From positions 21,255,006 to 21,319,005 of the forward strand of contig NC_083443.1 in the NCBI RefSeq assembly GCF_020745735.1: a stretch of 64,000 bases of DNA, given 5' to 3'. This DNA comes from Hemiscyllium ocellatum. Lineage: Eukaryota. A model generated the notes under the pieces. It was not told the DNA's origin and searched no databases. It saw only the letters and a list, made by a program, of their open reading frames with translations. Both the position numbers and the translations under genes were made by a program. Shown piece after piece: positions 38,393 to 50,719 of this stretch (position 1 is its first letter; each line of letters starts with the position of its first letter).

Positions 38393-40265
38393 TTGATGGC
38401 CTAGTGGTATTATAACCAGACTATTAATCGAGAAACTCGGGTCATGTTTTGAGGACCCAGTTCAAATTCCACCACTACAGATATAGACTAATTTGAATTC
38501 AATATTCAGAATTAAAAATCTAATGATAACTGTGAAATCATTGTCAATTGTCAGAAAAACCCGCCTGGTTCACCAATGTCCTTCGGGAATTGAAAGCCAC
38601 CTTCCTTACCTGCCCTTTGATAGGGCTTAATAAGCCATTCAGCTGTTCTTTAAAGAAATGAACTGGACGCACCACAAGGCAATGGCCTAGGCATTGGAAA
38701 GAATAACTTTGAAAACAGCCCTGTCGACCCTGCGAGGTATCGCTTGCTAACATCTGGGGGCTAGTGCCATAATTGGAAGAGCTGTCTGTTTGACTAGTCA
38801 AGCAACAATCTGACAGAGTCATACACTTAGAATTATAGCTTATAAACAATGTCCCAGATACCATCATCACCATCCCTAGATATATCTTGTTCCACTAGTA
38901 AGACCGAAGTCTCATGGCATCAGGTCAAACAGGGGCAAGGAAACCACTTGCTAATTACCACATACTGTCTTCCTTGGATATAATTACATCCATACTCCTC
39001 TATTTTGAACAATTCTTGGAGGGAGCACTGTGGATGGTAAGGGTACAGAGTGTACTCTGGGTGAGGGACTTCAGTGTCCATCACAAATGTGTCATGTCAG
39101 CATGTCAATGATTGAGATGGTCAAATCCTAAAGGACATTTGCTGCTCTACTGGGTTTGTGGCAGGTGATGAAGGAAACACCAAAAAAGAAAACATATGTG
39201 ACCTCATGCTTCTCAATCTACCTGACTGTATTGATAAGAGTGACCACTGCACAATCCTTATAGAAACAAAGACCCACTTTGATAATACCAGCCATGATAT
39301 TGTGCGGCTCTGTCACTATGCTAAATGGGGCAAAGTTAAAAATCACACACCAGGTTATAGTCCAACAGGTTTAATTGGAAGTACTAGCTTTCCAAGTGCC
39401 GCTCCTTCAGGTCGTTGAAGGAGCGGTGCTCTGAAAGCTAGTGCTTACAATTAAAACTGTTGGACTATAACCTGGTGTTGTGTGATTTTTAACTTTGTAC
39501 ACCCCAGTCCAATACCAGCATCTTCAAATAATGATTAAATGGGACAGACTTTGAACAGATCTGGCAATTCAAGATTGGACATACACTAATGCTGTGGGCC
39601 ATCAGAATCATACTGAAACACAATCTGCAACCATGGTCAGGTACGTCCCCCATACTACCATTATTTTCAAGCCAGGGGATCAACTCTATTTCAGTGGAAA
39701 GTGCAGGAGGGTATGCTAGGGACAGTGTCAGGCAAACCTGAAAATGAGGTGTCCTGAATCCCCAGAGTTTGTCCACCATCTGCAACGCATAATTCAGGAG
39801 TCAGGAATACTCCCCAATGGCCTGGATGAGTGCATCTCCAACAACGCTCAAGAAGCTTGACGCCATCCAGGATAAGACAGCCCCTTGACTGGCTCCACAT
39901 CCGCCACCGACATTCGGTAGCAGCAGTGTGTACGATCTACAAATGCACTGTGGAAACTCTCCAAAGATCTTTTAGATAGGACCTTCCAAACCCATAACCA
40001 CCTCTATCTAGAAGGACAAGGGCAGGATTTGTGTGGGAACAACACCACCTTTTATTTCCCATCCAAGTAATTCAAAATACATCACTGTTCCTTCAGGATC
40101 AGTTGGGTCAAGTTCCTGGAATTTCCTTCCTCATCACATTTGTAGATATACCTTCAGGACATGGACTGTAGCAGTTTAAACAGGCAGCTCACCACCAACT
40201 TCTCAAAGACAACTAGAGACAGGCAATAAATGCTGCCCAGCCAACGATGCCCATGAGTGAAATGT
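38393..40265 (+). mobile_element. Internally deleted CR1/L2-group LINE beginning with a tRNA-derived SINE-like head
   Basis: A box TGGCCTAGTGGT (38397), B box GTTCAAATTCC (38460); APE motifs NIWGLVP, VLWVRDFSVHH, SDH; jump at ~39750 to EYSPMAWMSASPTTLKKLDAIQDK; tail GGCAATAAATGCTGCCCAGCC. Confidence 0.8.
39331..39532. mobile_element. Inverted pair of Penelope-like terminal repeats (family A) forming a long palindrome
   Basis: 39331-39409 is the near reverse complement of 39416-39497; TAAATGGG duplicated at 39322-39329 and 39536-39543. Confidence 0.88.
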
Positions 40266-40639
40266 TTTTTTTTACAAAGGTTGCATTGTCTGGCTCACTG
40301 TTGAATTGCCTAGAATATTGTGAAATTTCTGCAACATAATTTTATTAATATAGGGAAATAAATAACCATGAAAACAGCAGACCTGAGACTGAGCTTGGAA
40401 GTTTGGTCAATTAGGTAATTCAGCATAGTGAAATAGGATGTGCTGTTGTGATCTTTTCATGAAAAAAATATTGTCTAAGGAACCAGCAACAGGGCATGAT
40501 AACTGAAGACTGGCAGCATCGCTAAATATGAGCAGGTAGGTGAGGGATTAGTGAGTTTTAATTTTTTTTTCTCTCTATTAATAATGGTCTGGATTTTAAC
40601 CTAGGGCTAGAGATTTATGATGTATTTTAAGGTGAGAGA

Positions 40640-41070
40640 TTAATTAGTTATTCATTTGATTATGGATAATTGTTAAGAGTTCCAAATCTAATTTTGTCAA
40701 TAAAGATGGCAAGGCAGGAATATATGTCCATAAAGGGTGCTTGCAAGAATGGTCCTGCAGTAAACACGGGTGGCTTTCATCTTATTAGTTGGACAGACAA
40801 AATTAGCAAAGGTAGTTCCTTGGATGAGTTTCTACATCAGTACAGTTTATTACATGAATACTTTCTGGAGCCTAAAAAGTTAGATTACTTTTGACCTAGT
40901 AATTGGCTAGAATTAAAGACATCAGATCAAAGGATCACCTCAGCAAGTGTGATCATAACAAGATGAAATTTCAGAAAACTGAGAACATAATTTGCATCTC
41001 ACACTTGAATAAAATCAATTCCAAAGGCATGAAGATGGAGTTGGCTAAAGTAGACTGGGTAATTAGGTTT
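40640..41070 (+). mobile_element. Very degraded CR1 endonuclease-region fragment
   Basis: KDHLSKCDHNKMKF (SDH-type motif) and GMKMELAKVDW. Confidence 0.6.
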
Positions 41071-41081
41071 TGGAAACCAGG

Positions 41082-41333
41082 ACACAGATATAGTGTCACT
41101 AGGTTATTAAGTCTAAGGCTAATGCTCAGCAGACACTGGTTTGCATCCCACCATGGCAGATGGCTAAACATGAAATCAATATGAATCTGAAATTAACAGA
41201 ATAACAGTTGGTCTAATGATGACTATATAACCATTGTTGTAAATGCCCATCTGGTTCACTAATGCCCTTTAGGGAATGAAATCTATCCTCCTCAGTTGGT
41301 CCAGCCTGCATGTATCTCCAGAACTCTTAACTG
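41082..41333 (+). mobile_element. tRNA-derived SINE sharing its head with the 38393 element
   Basis: GGTTTGCATCCCACCATGGCAGATGG; CCCATCTGGTTCACTAATGCCCTTTAGGGAATGAAATCT. Confidence 0.75.
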
Positions 41334-41609
41334 GAGGTTCATGAAATTTGAGTTTTAGACAAGTGCGCAGAACTGGGAAGTGTGAATTTCATGAATTATT
41401 TTGGGTCAATATGTCCAATCAGTTGTGAATACTTTCTATCCATGGCCATTCATTTTTAAACTTTCTGGAATTGAAGTACTTGAGAGTCTGGGTCGAAATT
41501 ATGAAAGTCACCCATTGTATGCAGCATTTTTAAGGCTATTATGACTTATTTTAAAAAAGAAAATTCAGAAGAATTGATGCATACAATCCATGTTTAAATT
41601 TGAGTTGAA

Positions 41610-42735
41610 ATAATTACAGCAGGATTTGTGTACAGGAGTAAAGATGCCATGTTTCAGTTGGCGAGACTGTACGGCAGTATTTTGTGCAGCTTTGAGTCCC
41701 TTACCTTAGGAAGGTTATATTTTCCACAAAAGCAATGCAGCAGAGGCTTATCAGACTAATTCCTGGAATGGAGGGACTTTCCTATGAATAGGGTTTGAGG
41801 AAACTGAATCCATATTCTCTAGAATTTCGAAGAATTAGAAGTGATCCCTTTGAAACTTAGAAAATTCTTAAGTGTTTGATAAAGTGGATGCAAAAGATCT
41901 AGACCTGGCAAGGGTCTAGAACTGGGATGATTGTCTCAGAGACTGAGATGGAGAAAAACTTCATCCAGCGGGTGGCAAATCTTTGAAATGCTGTGGAAAT
42001 TCAGTTTGCTCAAGATTGATAGAATTTCAGATTCTAATGACAGCAGTGGATGTAGGGATAGTGGTGGGAAAAGACATGAAGGTAGAAGGTCATCCATGAT
42101 TTAGAAAGCTTGAGGGCTAAATGACTTACTCATGACCCTGAATGTTGGCAGTTTAGGAAAAGGTGAGGCGTAATGAGACCTGGTTGTCATGGTGGAAGAG
42201 CTGCTGACAGTTGGCATGCAGGTGTAGCAGGCAGTGAGGAAAGCTAATGGCATGCTGGCCTTCATAGCGAGAGGATTTAAGTATCTGAGTAAGGATATCT
42301 TGTTGCAATTATACAGGGCCTTGGTGAGGCCACACCTTGAGTATTGTGTGCGGTTTTGGTCTCCTGTTCTGAGGAAAAATGTTCTTGCTATTGAGGGAAT
42401 CCAGCAAAGGTTCACCAGACTGTTTCCCAAAAAGGCAGGACTGACATGAGGAAAGACTGAATTGACTTGGCTTGTATTTACTGGAATGTAGAAGAATGAG
42501 GAAGAATCTCATAGAAACATATAAATTTCTGGTGGGACTGGTCAGGCTAAATGAGGGAAGAATGTTCCCAGTGTTGGGCAAGTCCAGAACTAGGGGTCAG
42601 GCTATTTAGGATTGAGATCATGTAGAATTTCTTCACTGAGTTGTGAACCTATGGAATTCTCTCCCATAGGAAGCCGTTGGAGCCAGTTTGTTATATATAT
42701 TCAAGAGGGAGCTGGATGGGGTCTTTGCAGGAATT
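41610..42735 (+). mobile_element. Two adjacent CR1-type 3' fragments (~41610-42140 and ~42150-42735)
   Basis: ORF 42234-42449: KANGMLAFIARGFKYLSKDILLQLYRALVRPHLEYCVRFWSP. Confidence 0.88.
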
Positions 42736-42739
42736 TATA

Positions 42740-43160
42740 AATTTCTGTTTTGGAAAGAGAACCAGTCTCGCTCAAGACTGGGATAGATACAGACTCAAAC
42801 TTCACACCATTAATGCATTGTCTGAACTGAGATGTCACTTTTGTTTTAGAAGAACCTTAACTTATCTTGAGAATGTGACTAGAAAGAAGTTCTGGGAATT
42901 ACATATTAATGAACTGAAACCTACAACCCATTCAAAAAGATGAAAGACACAACCACAATCTAGATTTGTTCAATATATCGTTTCAGTTGCATGACCGAGA
43001 TCTTTCGCTATAAATTTTGTTTTATGATGCTGTTCCGCAGCTACCTGATGAAGTAACGCTCCAAAAGCTAGTACTTGCAAATAAATGTGTTGTAAAACCT
43101 GGTTTTATGTGAATTTTAACTTTGTCCACCCCAGTCCAACACTGGCACCTCCACCTCATA
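42740..43160 (+). mobile_element. Penelope-like 3' UTR and terminal repeat (family A), decayed hammerhead core at 43045
   Basis: Similar to the reverse complement of 2200-2500; CTGATGAAGTAACGCTCCAAAAGCTAG; tail CCACCCCAGTCCAACACTGGCACCTCC. Confidence 0.82.
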
Positions 43161-43961
43161 ATACAAAGAAGACTATGTTGGCCTTATCCTGTTTTTTGTG
43201 GAGATAACAACAGAACTCTCTATAGTGACAGGTAATCAGTGCAGTACAGCTTTTCTGCATGGTTTGATTAGAAGCGCAGAGGTTCAACAGAACAGATCTT
43301 CACAGGAGAAAAGTTGCTTTTGGGGTTGTAGTTTCTTCGTTATCCACTTGTTTCTTTATGTCACATGGAATGAATTAAGTTGACTGGCTTCTGTGGTATT
43401 AAACAATATCTTTCTTTAAGCTGTTCTAAGATTATCTGAGGTAGCATTACATCATAACCTTGTAACTTTTGACATTGTCACTTATTGTGTTTTGACCAAC
43501 CATGTGTTTTTGGCCATTGTTATATTTAAAATATTAAAGACATTATTCCTTATTGTCTTACCAAGCACACACACACTATTTAAACTGGAATTTGATTGGA
43601 TAATTGTGCATGTGTACTTATGAAATTAGTATTTTCTTAACTGAGCTTGGAGAAATGAGTACAATCAGCACTGAACCACTTCATGCCCTTGTGTAGGCAA
43701 GACTGGTATTCTCCCCATGTTAATCTTAGAACCAGTGAAAAATTGCTGTACAGAAAAAGGCTATTCAGCCTGCAGTGTTTGTGCTGGCTGAACAAGCTAG
43801 TCACCTACTCTAATTTCACTTTCCAGCATCCGATCCATTGCCTCACAGTGCACAGCCCTTCAGGTGCTGATCCAGGATCCTTGTAAGTTAGGATTATAGA
43901 AACAGGAGTAAGTTATTCAGGCCCTTGAGCCTGTTCCCCCACTCAAGGCGATCATATAACT

Positions 43962-44200
43962 AAATCTGGAATTAAAAGTCTAATAATGACCATGAATCCA
44001 TTGTCAACTGTCAGGCAAAGCTTAACTAGTTCATTAATGTCCTTTAGGAAGGGAAACTGCCATCTTTACTTGGTCTGGCCTACATGTGACTCCAAACCCA
44101 CAGCAATGCAGTTGACGGTTATCTACTGTCTGGGCATTCAGGATGGGCAATAAATGCTGGCCTTGCCAATGATGGCCTATTCCTGTGAATGAAAATAATA
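43962..44200 (+). mobile_element. 5'-truncated tRNA-SINE (same body as 38500-38610, same tail as 40210-40260)
   Basis: AAATCTGGAATTAAAAGTCTAATAATGACCATG...GGATGGGCAATAAATGCTGGCC; AAATCTG repeated at both ends. Confidence 0.82.
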
Positions 44201-45426
44201 AAATCTGTAGCTTAACTCCATAAACTTGCCTTTGGACCATATCTCTCAATACATTTTTTAAACAAAACTTAATCTATTTCAGATTTAAAATTGGCAACTG
44301 ATCCAAGAGTTGAAGCCTTCCAACTTAACCATCACATTCGAGACACCCAAAGGTTTTTCTTAGTGTCCACTAATTCCCATTCCTTAATTCTGTGTCCCTG
44401 GTAATTGACCTTTCCATGAGCGAAAATAAACACGTCTTCCTTATCCACTCTGTCCAAGCGCCGCCTCATTTTGTACACCTCAATTATGTTAACCCTCAGT
44501 CTATGTTCAAAAGAAAACAACCCCAGCCAACTAATATTTCCTCAGCTGCAAACTTCAAGCCTTGAGAACATTCTTGTTAATCTTCTTCTCTGTACTTTTG
44601 AGAAATTATGTCTTGTAATGTGGTGAGCAGAGCTGCGTACACCACTCCATCTGTGGCCTAAATCATGTCTTCCAGCATTACATCCCTGCATTTGTACTCA
44701 GTGTCTCATCCAGTAAAGGAATTCATCCTGTATGCCTTTTTTACTATCTAATCCACCTGTCCTGCCACCAGTCTTATCATCATCTCAAAATATCCTTGCT
44801 TTGTTTGCCCTCTCCAAATGCACTTTGCACTTGGCTAGATGGAATTCCCTTTTGATGATTTTTTTCCACCTACTCACCAAACCATTGATATCTTTCTGTA
44901 GTTGACAGTCATCCCCTATGCTATCAACAACCCCAATCAATTTCTGTGTTGTTTGCCAATATCCCAATTATGACTTCCACATTTAAGTCTAACTCCTGGA
45001 TGTTGTGGAACACTGCTAGAAACTGCTCTCCCTCCATAAAAACATATGTTGGCCATTACCCTTTATTTTCTGTCACTGCACTAATTTTGGATTCAAATGC
45101 TACGCTCCTCTGAATCATATGGCCTTTAATTTTTCTGACCAAGTTACCATGTGGAATCTTGTTAGATGTTTTACTAAAATTTGCATAAACAACATCTACT
45201 GCATTACCCTAGTCATTCCTCCTTGTCACTTGCTCAATAAGTTCAGTGAATTTAGTGACTTAACAAAAACATGATGACTATGCTTCATTTATCTATGTCT
45301 TGCCAAGTAAGAATTAATCCTATCACTCAGTATTCAATCTAGTAATTTGCTGCTGAGGTGAGATTGACTGGTCTGTAATTGTTTGGCCTATCTCTTGTAG
45401 ACTTTTTGAATAATGGGACATTTTTT

Positions 45427-45522
45427 AGAGAGGTCTTGTGACAATGTGGTAGTGTCCCTGCTTCTTGGCCAGAAAGTTTTGGTTAATTCTCTGTACTGAA
45501 AATGTGTCAAAATATTTACGGA
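45427..45522 (+). mobile_element. Short tRNA-like SINE head (related copy on minus strand at ~53515-53611)
   Basis: GAGAGGTCTTGTGACAATGTGGTAGTGTCCCTGCTTCTTGGCCAGAAAG vs reverse complement GAGGGGTTTTGTAGCACAGTAGCATTTTCCCTACCTCTGGGCCAGGAG. Confidence 0.5.
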
Positions 45523-46611
45523 CCTGCAGTTTACTAGTGCCTTGCCTCAATCGAGTGAAGAATGGAGAATGATCCTGAGAGCATCTTTTACTTCCTCCCT
45601 GATTTCCTTTAATTCTACAGCCCTGCTGACGTATCCACTTTTAAGGACATAAAATTCTTCTAGTACCGTATTACTTAATGTGCTTATTTAATATTATCCT
45701 ATTTCATACTTCCCTTTAGCTGGAATATCTGCATCATCTGACTCCTTTGTGAAGACAAAGTATTCATTAAAAACCCTGTTCACATCTTTTGCATCCACTC
45801 GTGAGTTATCATTGTACATTTACGATATCACAACCATTTCCTTAGTTGTTGATGTATTGTTACTTGCAACTTTAGATTTTTCTTAACTTTACCAGCCAAT
45901 ATTTGGAATCCTACAATTGTGTTCCTAAGTTGTTCAACAAACTCCAATTTAAGTCATGTGACAGAGACATTTCAGGTGCTGATGGCCCATCTTAGGTGGC
46001 TAATTGGAATAGCATGTGAAAACATTTGTAATTCCCAGAAGGCATCCACAAACTAACTGCATAACTCCCCATCACAGTTTTCATTGCCAGGTGAAAAGGT
46101 AAAAGAATTAGCACCTATTTTTAATGAGTTCTGGTGTTTTCTTTGTCTGATGCTGTGACTGGAAACAGTCAATATGTTTCCAAGTCCTTCGTGTCAATTT
46201 TGGCTGGAATGTCTATAAAATGCATGGGGATTGGAAGGCTGCAAGAAACGTGACCATGTGATCAGCCTTAACCTTCAACAAGTTTGTACTTTTTTTTTGA
46301 AGGATCAGAACTTAAACAAGGAAATATAGAAGGGAATATGATTTTCTTTGGGATTTTTCTTCATCCAACTTGTCAGGATTATTACTGATCAGCTTCTTCT
46401 CCTGTATTGAAGAAAGAACCAACTACAGGAGGCTGGGGGATAATGGTAGAAGAAGCAGTCCTGCACTGACAAATCCCTCCAACTCACCAAACTGACTCTA
46501 CATTCAGGACAACGAAAGCAGCACTCTGTGCAGACAAGTCATCTTCAAGTTTATGCTTCCTGAAGATAACTGAATCAACCTTCAAACACTAGTTTGAACC
46601 AGCCATTAAAT

Positions 46612-47130
46612 AGAATATTTTTTGCAGTTTTGGTCTCCTTTTTTGAGGAAGGATGCTCTTGCTCCACAGGGAGTGCAGCAAAGGTTCACCAAGCTTATTC
46701 CAGGGACAATGGGGCTGACTCATGAGGAGAGATTGATTAAGTTAGGATTGTTTTCCCTGGTGTTCAAATGAGTGAGGGGGGGGATCTCATAGAGACTTAT
46801 AAAATTCTGACAGGACTAGACAGGGTAGATGCAGGAAGGATGTTTCCAGTGGTGCATGTGTCCAGAACCATGGGTGACAGTTTGAGGATTCAGGATGGAC
46901 CATTTAGGGCAGAGATGAGACATTTCTTCACCCAAAGAGTGGTAAGCCTGTGGAATTCATTACCACTTGAAGTAGTTGATGCCAAAACATTGAATGTATT
47001 CAAGACGTGACTAGATATTGTACCTCGGGCAAATGTGATCAAAGGTTATGGGGAGAAAGTAGGATTAGCCCTACTGAATTGGACGATAAGTCATGATCAT
47101 GGTGAATGGCTTTCTACTATCTTCTATGTC
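46612..47130 (+). mobile_element. CR1-type LINE 3' end
   Basis: ORF 46768-47010: GDLIETYKILTGLDRVDAGRMFP...FFTQRVVSLWNSLP. Confidence 0.92.
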
Positions 47131-49324
47131 TCAGTTTTTCTAATTAACTAAATACAACTTCCCTCTGTTCTTGTAGGCCCCTGATTTATAACTGCAATAA
47201 AACCAAACCTCTTTACTATCAATGGATAGTTTATTTTAGTTAAATTGTTAAAAAATCTAGACGTTAGATTAAAAAAAATTATCCTTTAAGATTCTCGCCA
47301 TCACCTCCCTTCTAATACGTCATGCAAATATGACCCAAAGTTTCTTGTTAGCATTGAAGCCATAAAGAAAATAAATGGCCATACTTGGGATTTTTTTGGG
47401 TCAATTTGCTCTTTTTTCCTTTTTACGCATTGAAATGGGAAGAAGGTACATGTTGTTAATGCAGAAGAAAATTGGTGGCAACTGAATTTGTGGCTTGAAA
47501 AGCTACCTCTCTTTCGACAATAGCAAACTACTCTTGGTGGAAATTTTCTTACCCATTTTGAAATATGTTACTCATGCTAACAACCCTGTATTAAGCATAT
47601 GTTGTCCAGTTACATTTGTTATTAACATCATATGTAGTATATGATTTGACCGCTCTGTTTTAACATCAACCAGGTTTTGAAAATGAATAAAAGTAAACCA
47701 TGAAATCAAGCTTGGCTGACTCCGTTTGAGTTGTCAAATCATACATTGCAAGTGGGATTAAAACTATAGATTTTTGTGGAATGAGAAACAAAAATGTTGT
47801 CTGGCATAATCAATTAAGTTAATTGTATGTTAGATATCATGTGCCCTTTTTAAGTGAAAATTGTACTTTGGTATCTCACCAAATTAGCTACTTTTCTGTT
47901 CCTGTCCAAGCCATGAAGATACTCTAGCTTCTGTCCTTTTCACAGCCATGTTCTTGACACAATGATTTGTCCTTGAAAACCACCACCACCTCCATTTCCA
48001 ATAAATAGCTGACACAAAACTTCCTTATCTGGCCTGCATTTATTATAAATGACCACCTTCTTTAGGCACTGCTGCTTCCAAAGCTGCTGTCATCATCAGA
48101 AGATTCGCCATCATCCAGGGCATGCACATGCACGCTATCATGCAGCTGTCAGATTGTTGTAATAAATTTATTACACAGCCAAATCTTTCCATTTTCTTCC
48201 AGAGTCCCTCATGTATTAAAGACCTTGGTCAGGTCAACAGACCTGATGTAGAAGATTGTTATCTTCCAAGTATTTTTCTTAGAACTGTCTAACTGCAGGT
48301 ACCATATTAACATATCAGTGATACTACAACCTTTCTTGAAACTGAACTTAATGTTGTGCTCATTAGTTCAGTAGGATTCTGGGGAAGATTTTGCTGGCAC
48401 CAGAAAATAATGAGATTCCTCAGGATTTTTTTACAAGATTGGCAGATTCCTTTCTACTTTCTTGATGGACGATAGAAAAAAATGTTATATTCTTGTAGGA
48501 CGATTCCTTACTTCTTCATGGGCTGTTGGAGTTCAGTGCATTTCTTCACCAGTCTAAGATATTATGATATTTTTGAATATCTCTATCATTATGTAATATA
48601 AAGCTGTCTTTGTCTTTTTAGATACATCTTGTATCTAAATTTGTGTTAAAACAAAACCAGTTTTGATATCTATAATTTGAAACCAGGTGGTAGGAAGATG
48701 GAGCTAAGAACCATGAGGATTGCAATTGAAGACACAGGAACAGCTTTGAGATAAAGCGAGATCACACATGTATACAGAAGCAGCCTTGCTTATGCTAACT
48801 GCTCTGGACAGTGGCCATTGGATATGTGTGAATGGTTTCTTGCTATCTTACCAAGATAGCAACAATATACCCATTGTTCACATGTACCTGCTGTCACCCT
48901 CTGCTGAGAGTAGGATGCTACCACATGTCGGTGGTCATTTATAGTCTGGATAGGATTGGTAATTCAATTGGATGACCCAGTTTAAGGCATCATCTTTTAT
49001 GCCAAAGGTTATAGAGCCATCAAAAACATTGTTGCTGCAACTAGAAGTATGGCTTGTTCAGTCACTGAAAGATGTATGGAGAATCCTTTGGAGAAGTTGC
49101 CACCAGCTAAGAGGCTCTTGTGCATGGGATTTCATTAAGGAAATAATGCAGTAAGTAAATGCTATGAATAAAGAATTACCATGCAATGTGTCTGAAGTTT
49201 TGTGTGTACATGTGTAGAGTGCGGGTGTTTCAAGTATACAACACTGCAATGTGCTCAGCACAAGGATTTTATTGAAGTGAAGCTTAAGTTGTCTGTTTGG
49301 AATCATGAAGCGAATAACTTTGCT

Positions 49325-49840
49325 CTGAACTTCTTAAGTCTCCACCATTTACAAGGCTCAAGTCAGGAGTGTGATGGAATACTCATCACTTGCCTGAATG
49401 AGTGCAGCATCAGCAACACTCAAGAAGCTTGACATCATCCAGGACAAAGCAGCCCACTTGATTGCATACACTGACAAACGTTCCCTCCCTCCAGCAGTGA
49501 TGCTCAGTTGTAGCAGTGAGTACCATCTACAGGACATACTGCAGAAACACTGAAGCTCCTTGGACAGAACCTTGTATGTACACAGTCATTTGCAATGTGA
49601 AGGACAGGGGAAGCAAACACATGGGAGCATCTTTACCTGCAAGTTCCTTTCCAAGCCACTCCCCATCCTGATTTGGAAATAGTCGTTGTCACTGAACTCC
49701 CTCCTTAACAACAATGTAAGCCTACTTATGCCAAAAGGACTGCAATGGTTCATGAAGGCCACACCGCTTTTTAAGGGTTACTAGGTATAGGGATAAATGC
49801 TGGCCAAGCCAGAGATGTCTAACCCTACGGATTAAAAAAA
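49325..49840 (+). mobile_element. 3' end of the CR1/L2-group LINE family
   Basis: STIYKAQVRSVMEYSSLA..AASATLKKLDIIQDKAAHLI; tail GATAAATGCTGGCCAAGCC. Confidence 0.85.
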
Positions 49841-50489
49841 GATCTGGTAAGACATTTTGCTGTCAGTACCTAGCCAATGTTGTTGACATATCATGTCTGC
49901 AAATGCAATATTTTCTTATTCAACTTCTGTTTCACTAGTTTGTCCAGTTCTGTCAATTAATCACTAGATCTTGTGTGGTCAGCAATGACTTCTACCAATG
50001 TATCTCCACATTCATTAACTAGCAGATCATCTACTGTACCTTCCACTCCAGGCTAATTATTAACTCTTATTTTCTATGTTGATGCTCTTCTAGAGCAATG
50101 AAAATGTCAAAGCAGCATATGCAAGTAACACTAACTCTCGGGGGTGGGGGCATCCATAATGTAATTACAAAGCTGTTGCTTTCACCTTGCCTCACTTGTC
50201 GGTAACCAATCTTCACAAGTAAGGTGATGAAGATTTTATCTTTGCAATGCAAGTCATAGCAAGATTCCTTCTTTAATTGGCATGGAGTAATGAGATTTCT
50301 TCAAGGCTTTAAGACTTTTTTGGTTAATGTGTCATCTCAGCTTCCCAGGTTGTTTCATTTCTACATGCTGCTCACTCGTTCTGTAGAAGTAGTCAATCTT
50401 TTTGATTACTCTTCTACCTTGTCTTTCAGGCTGACTTTGAGCGCATCTGGAACTTTCCCCAGCAAATGCTGAATTGGTCCTACATTCTT

Positions 50490-50710
50490 ATAGAATTCCT
50501 ACAGTATAGAAGCAAGCCACTTGACGCATAAAATCCACACCGACATTCCCACCTGCCTGCCCTATCCCTGTAACACTGCACTTCCCATGTCTAATCCATC
50601 AACACTGCACATCCCTGAATACGATGGGCAATTTAGCATGGCCACTCCACCCAATCTGCACACCTTTGGACTCTGTGGAAACCAGAGCATCTGGTGAAAA
50701 CCCACACAGA
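50490..50710 (-). mobile_element. HE1-type V-SINE, 5'-truncated
   Basis: GGGCAATTTAGCATGGCCACTCCACCCAATCTGCACACCTTTGGACT, similar to 4460-4540. Confidence 0.82.
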
Positions 50711-50719
50711 GAAAATTAC

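Larger units (their letters stand above)
43735..45800 (-). mobile_element. Cluster of old CR1-type fragments with nested SINEs
   Basis: Minus-strand FSFEHRLRVNIIEVYKMRRRLDRVD and KLIGVVDSIGDDCQLQKDINGL. Confidence 0.75.

Noticed and set aside
45957-47330. Possible solo LTR interrupted by the CR1 at 46612
   Set aside because: TG start and AATAAA present, but no clear end or TSD
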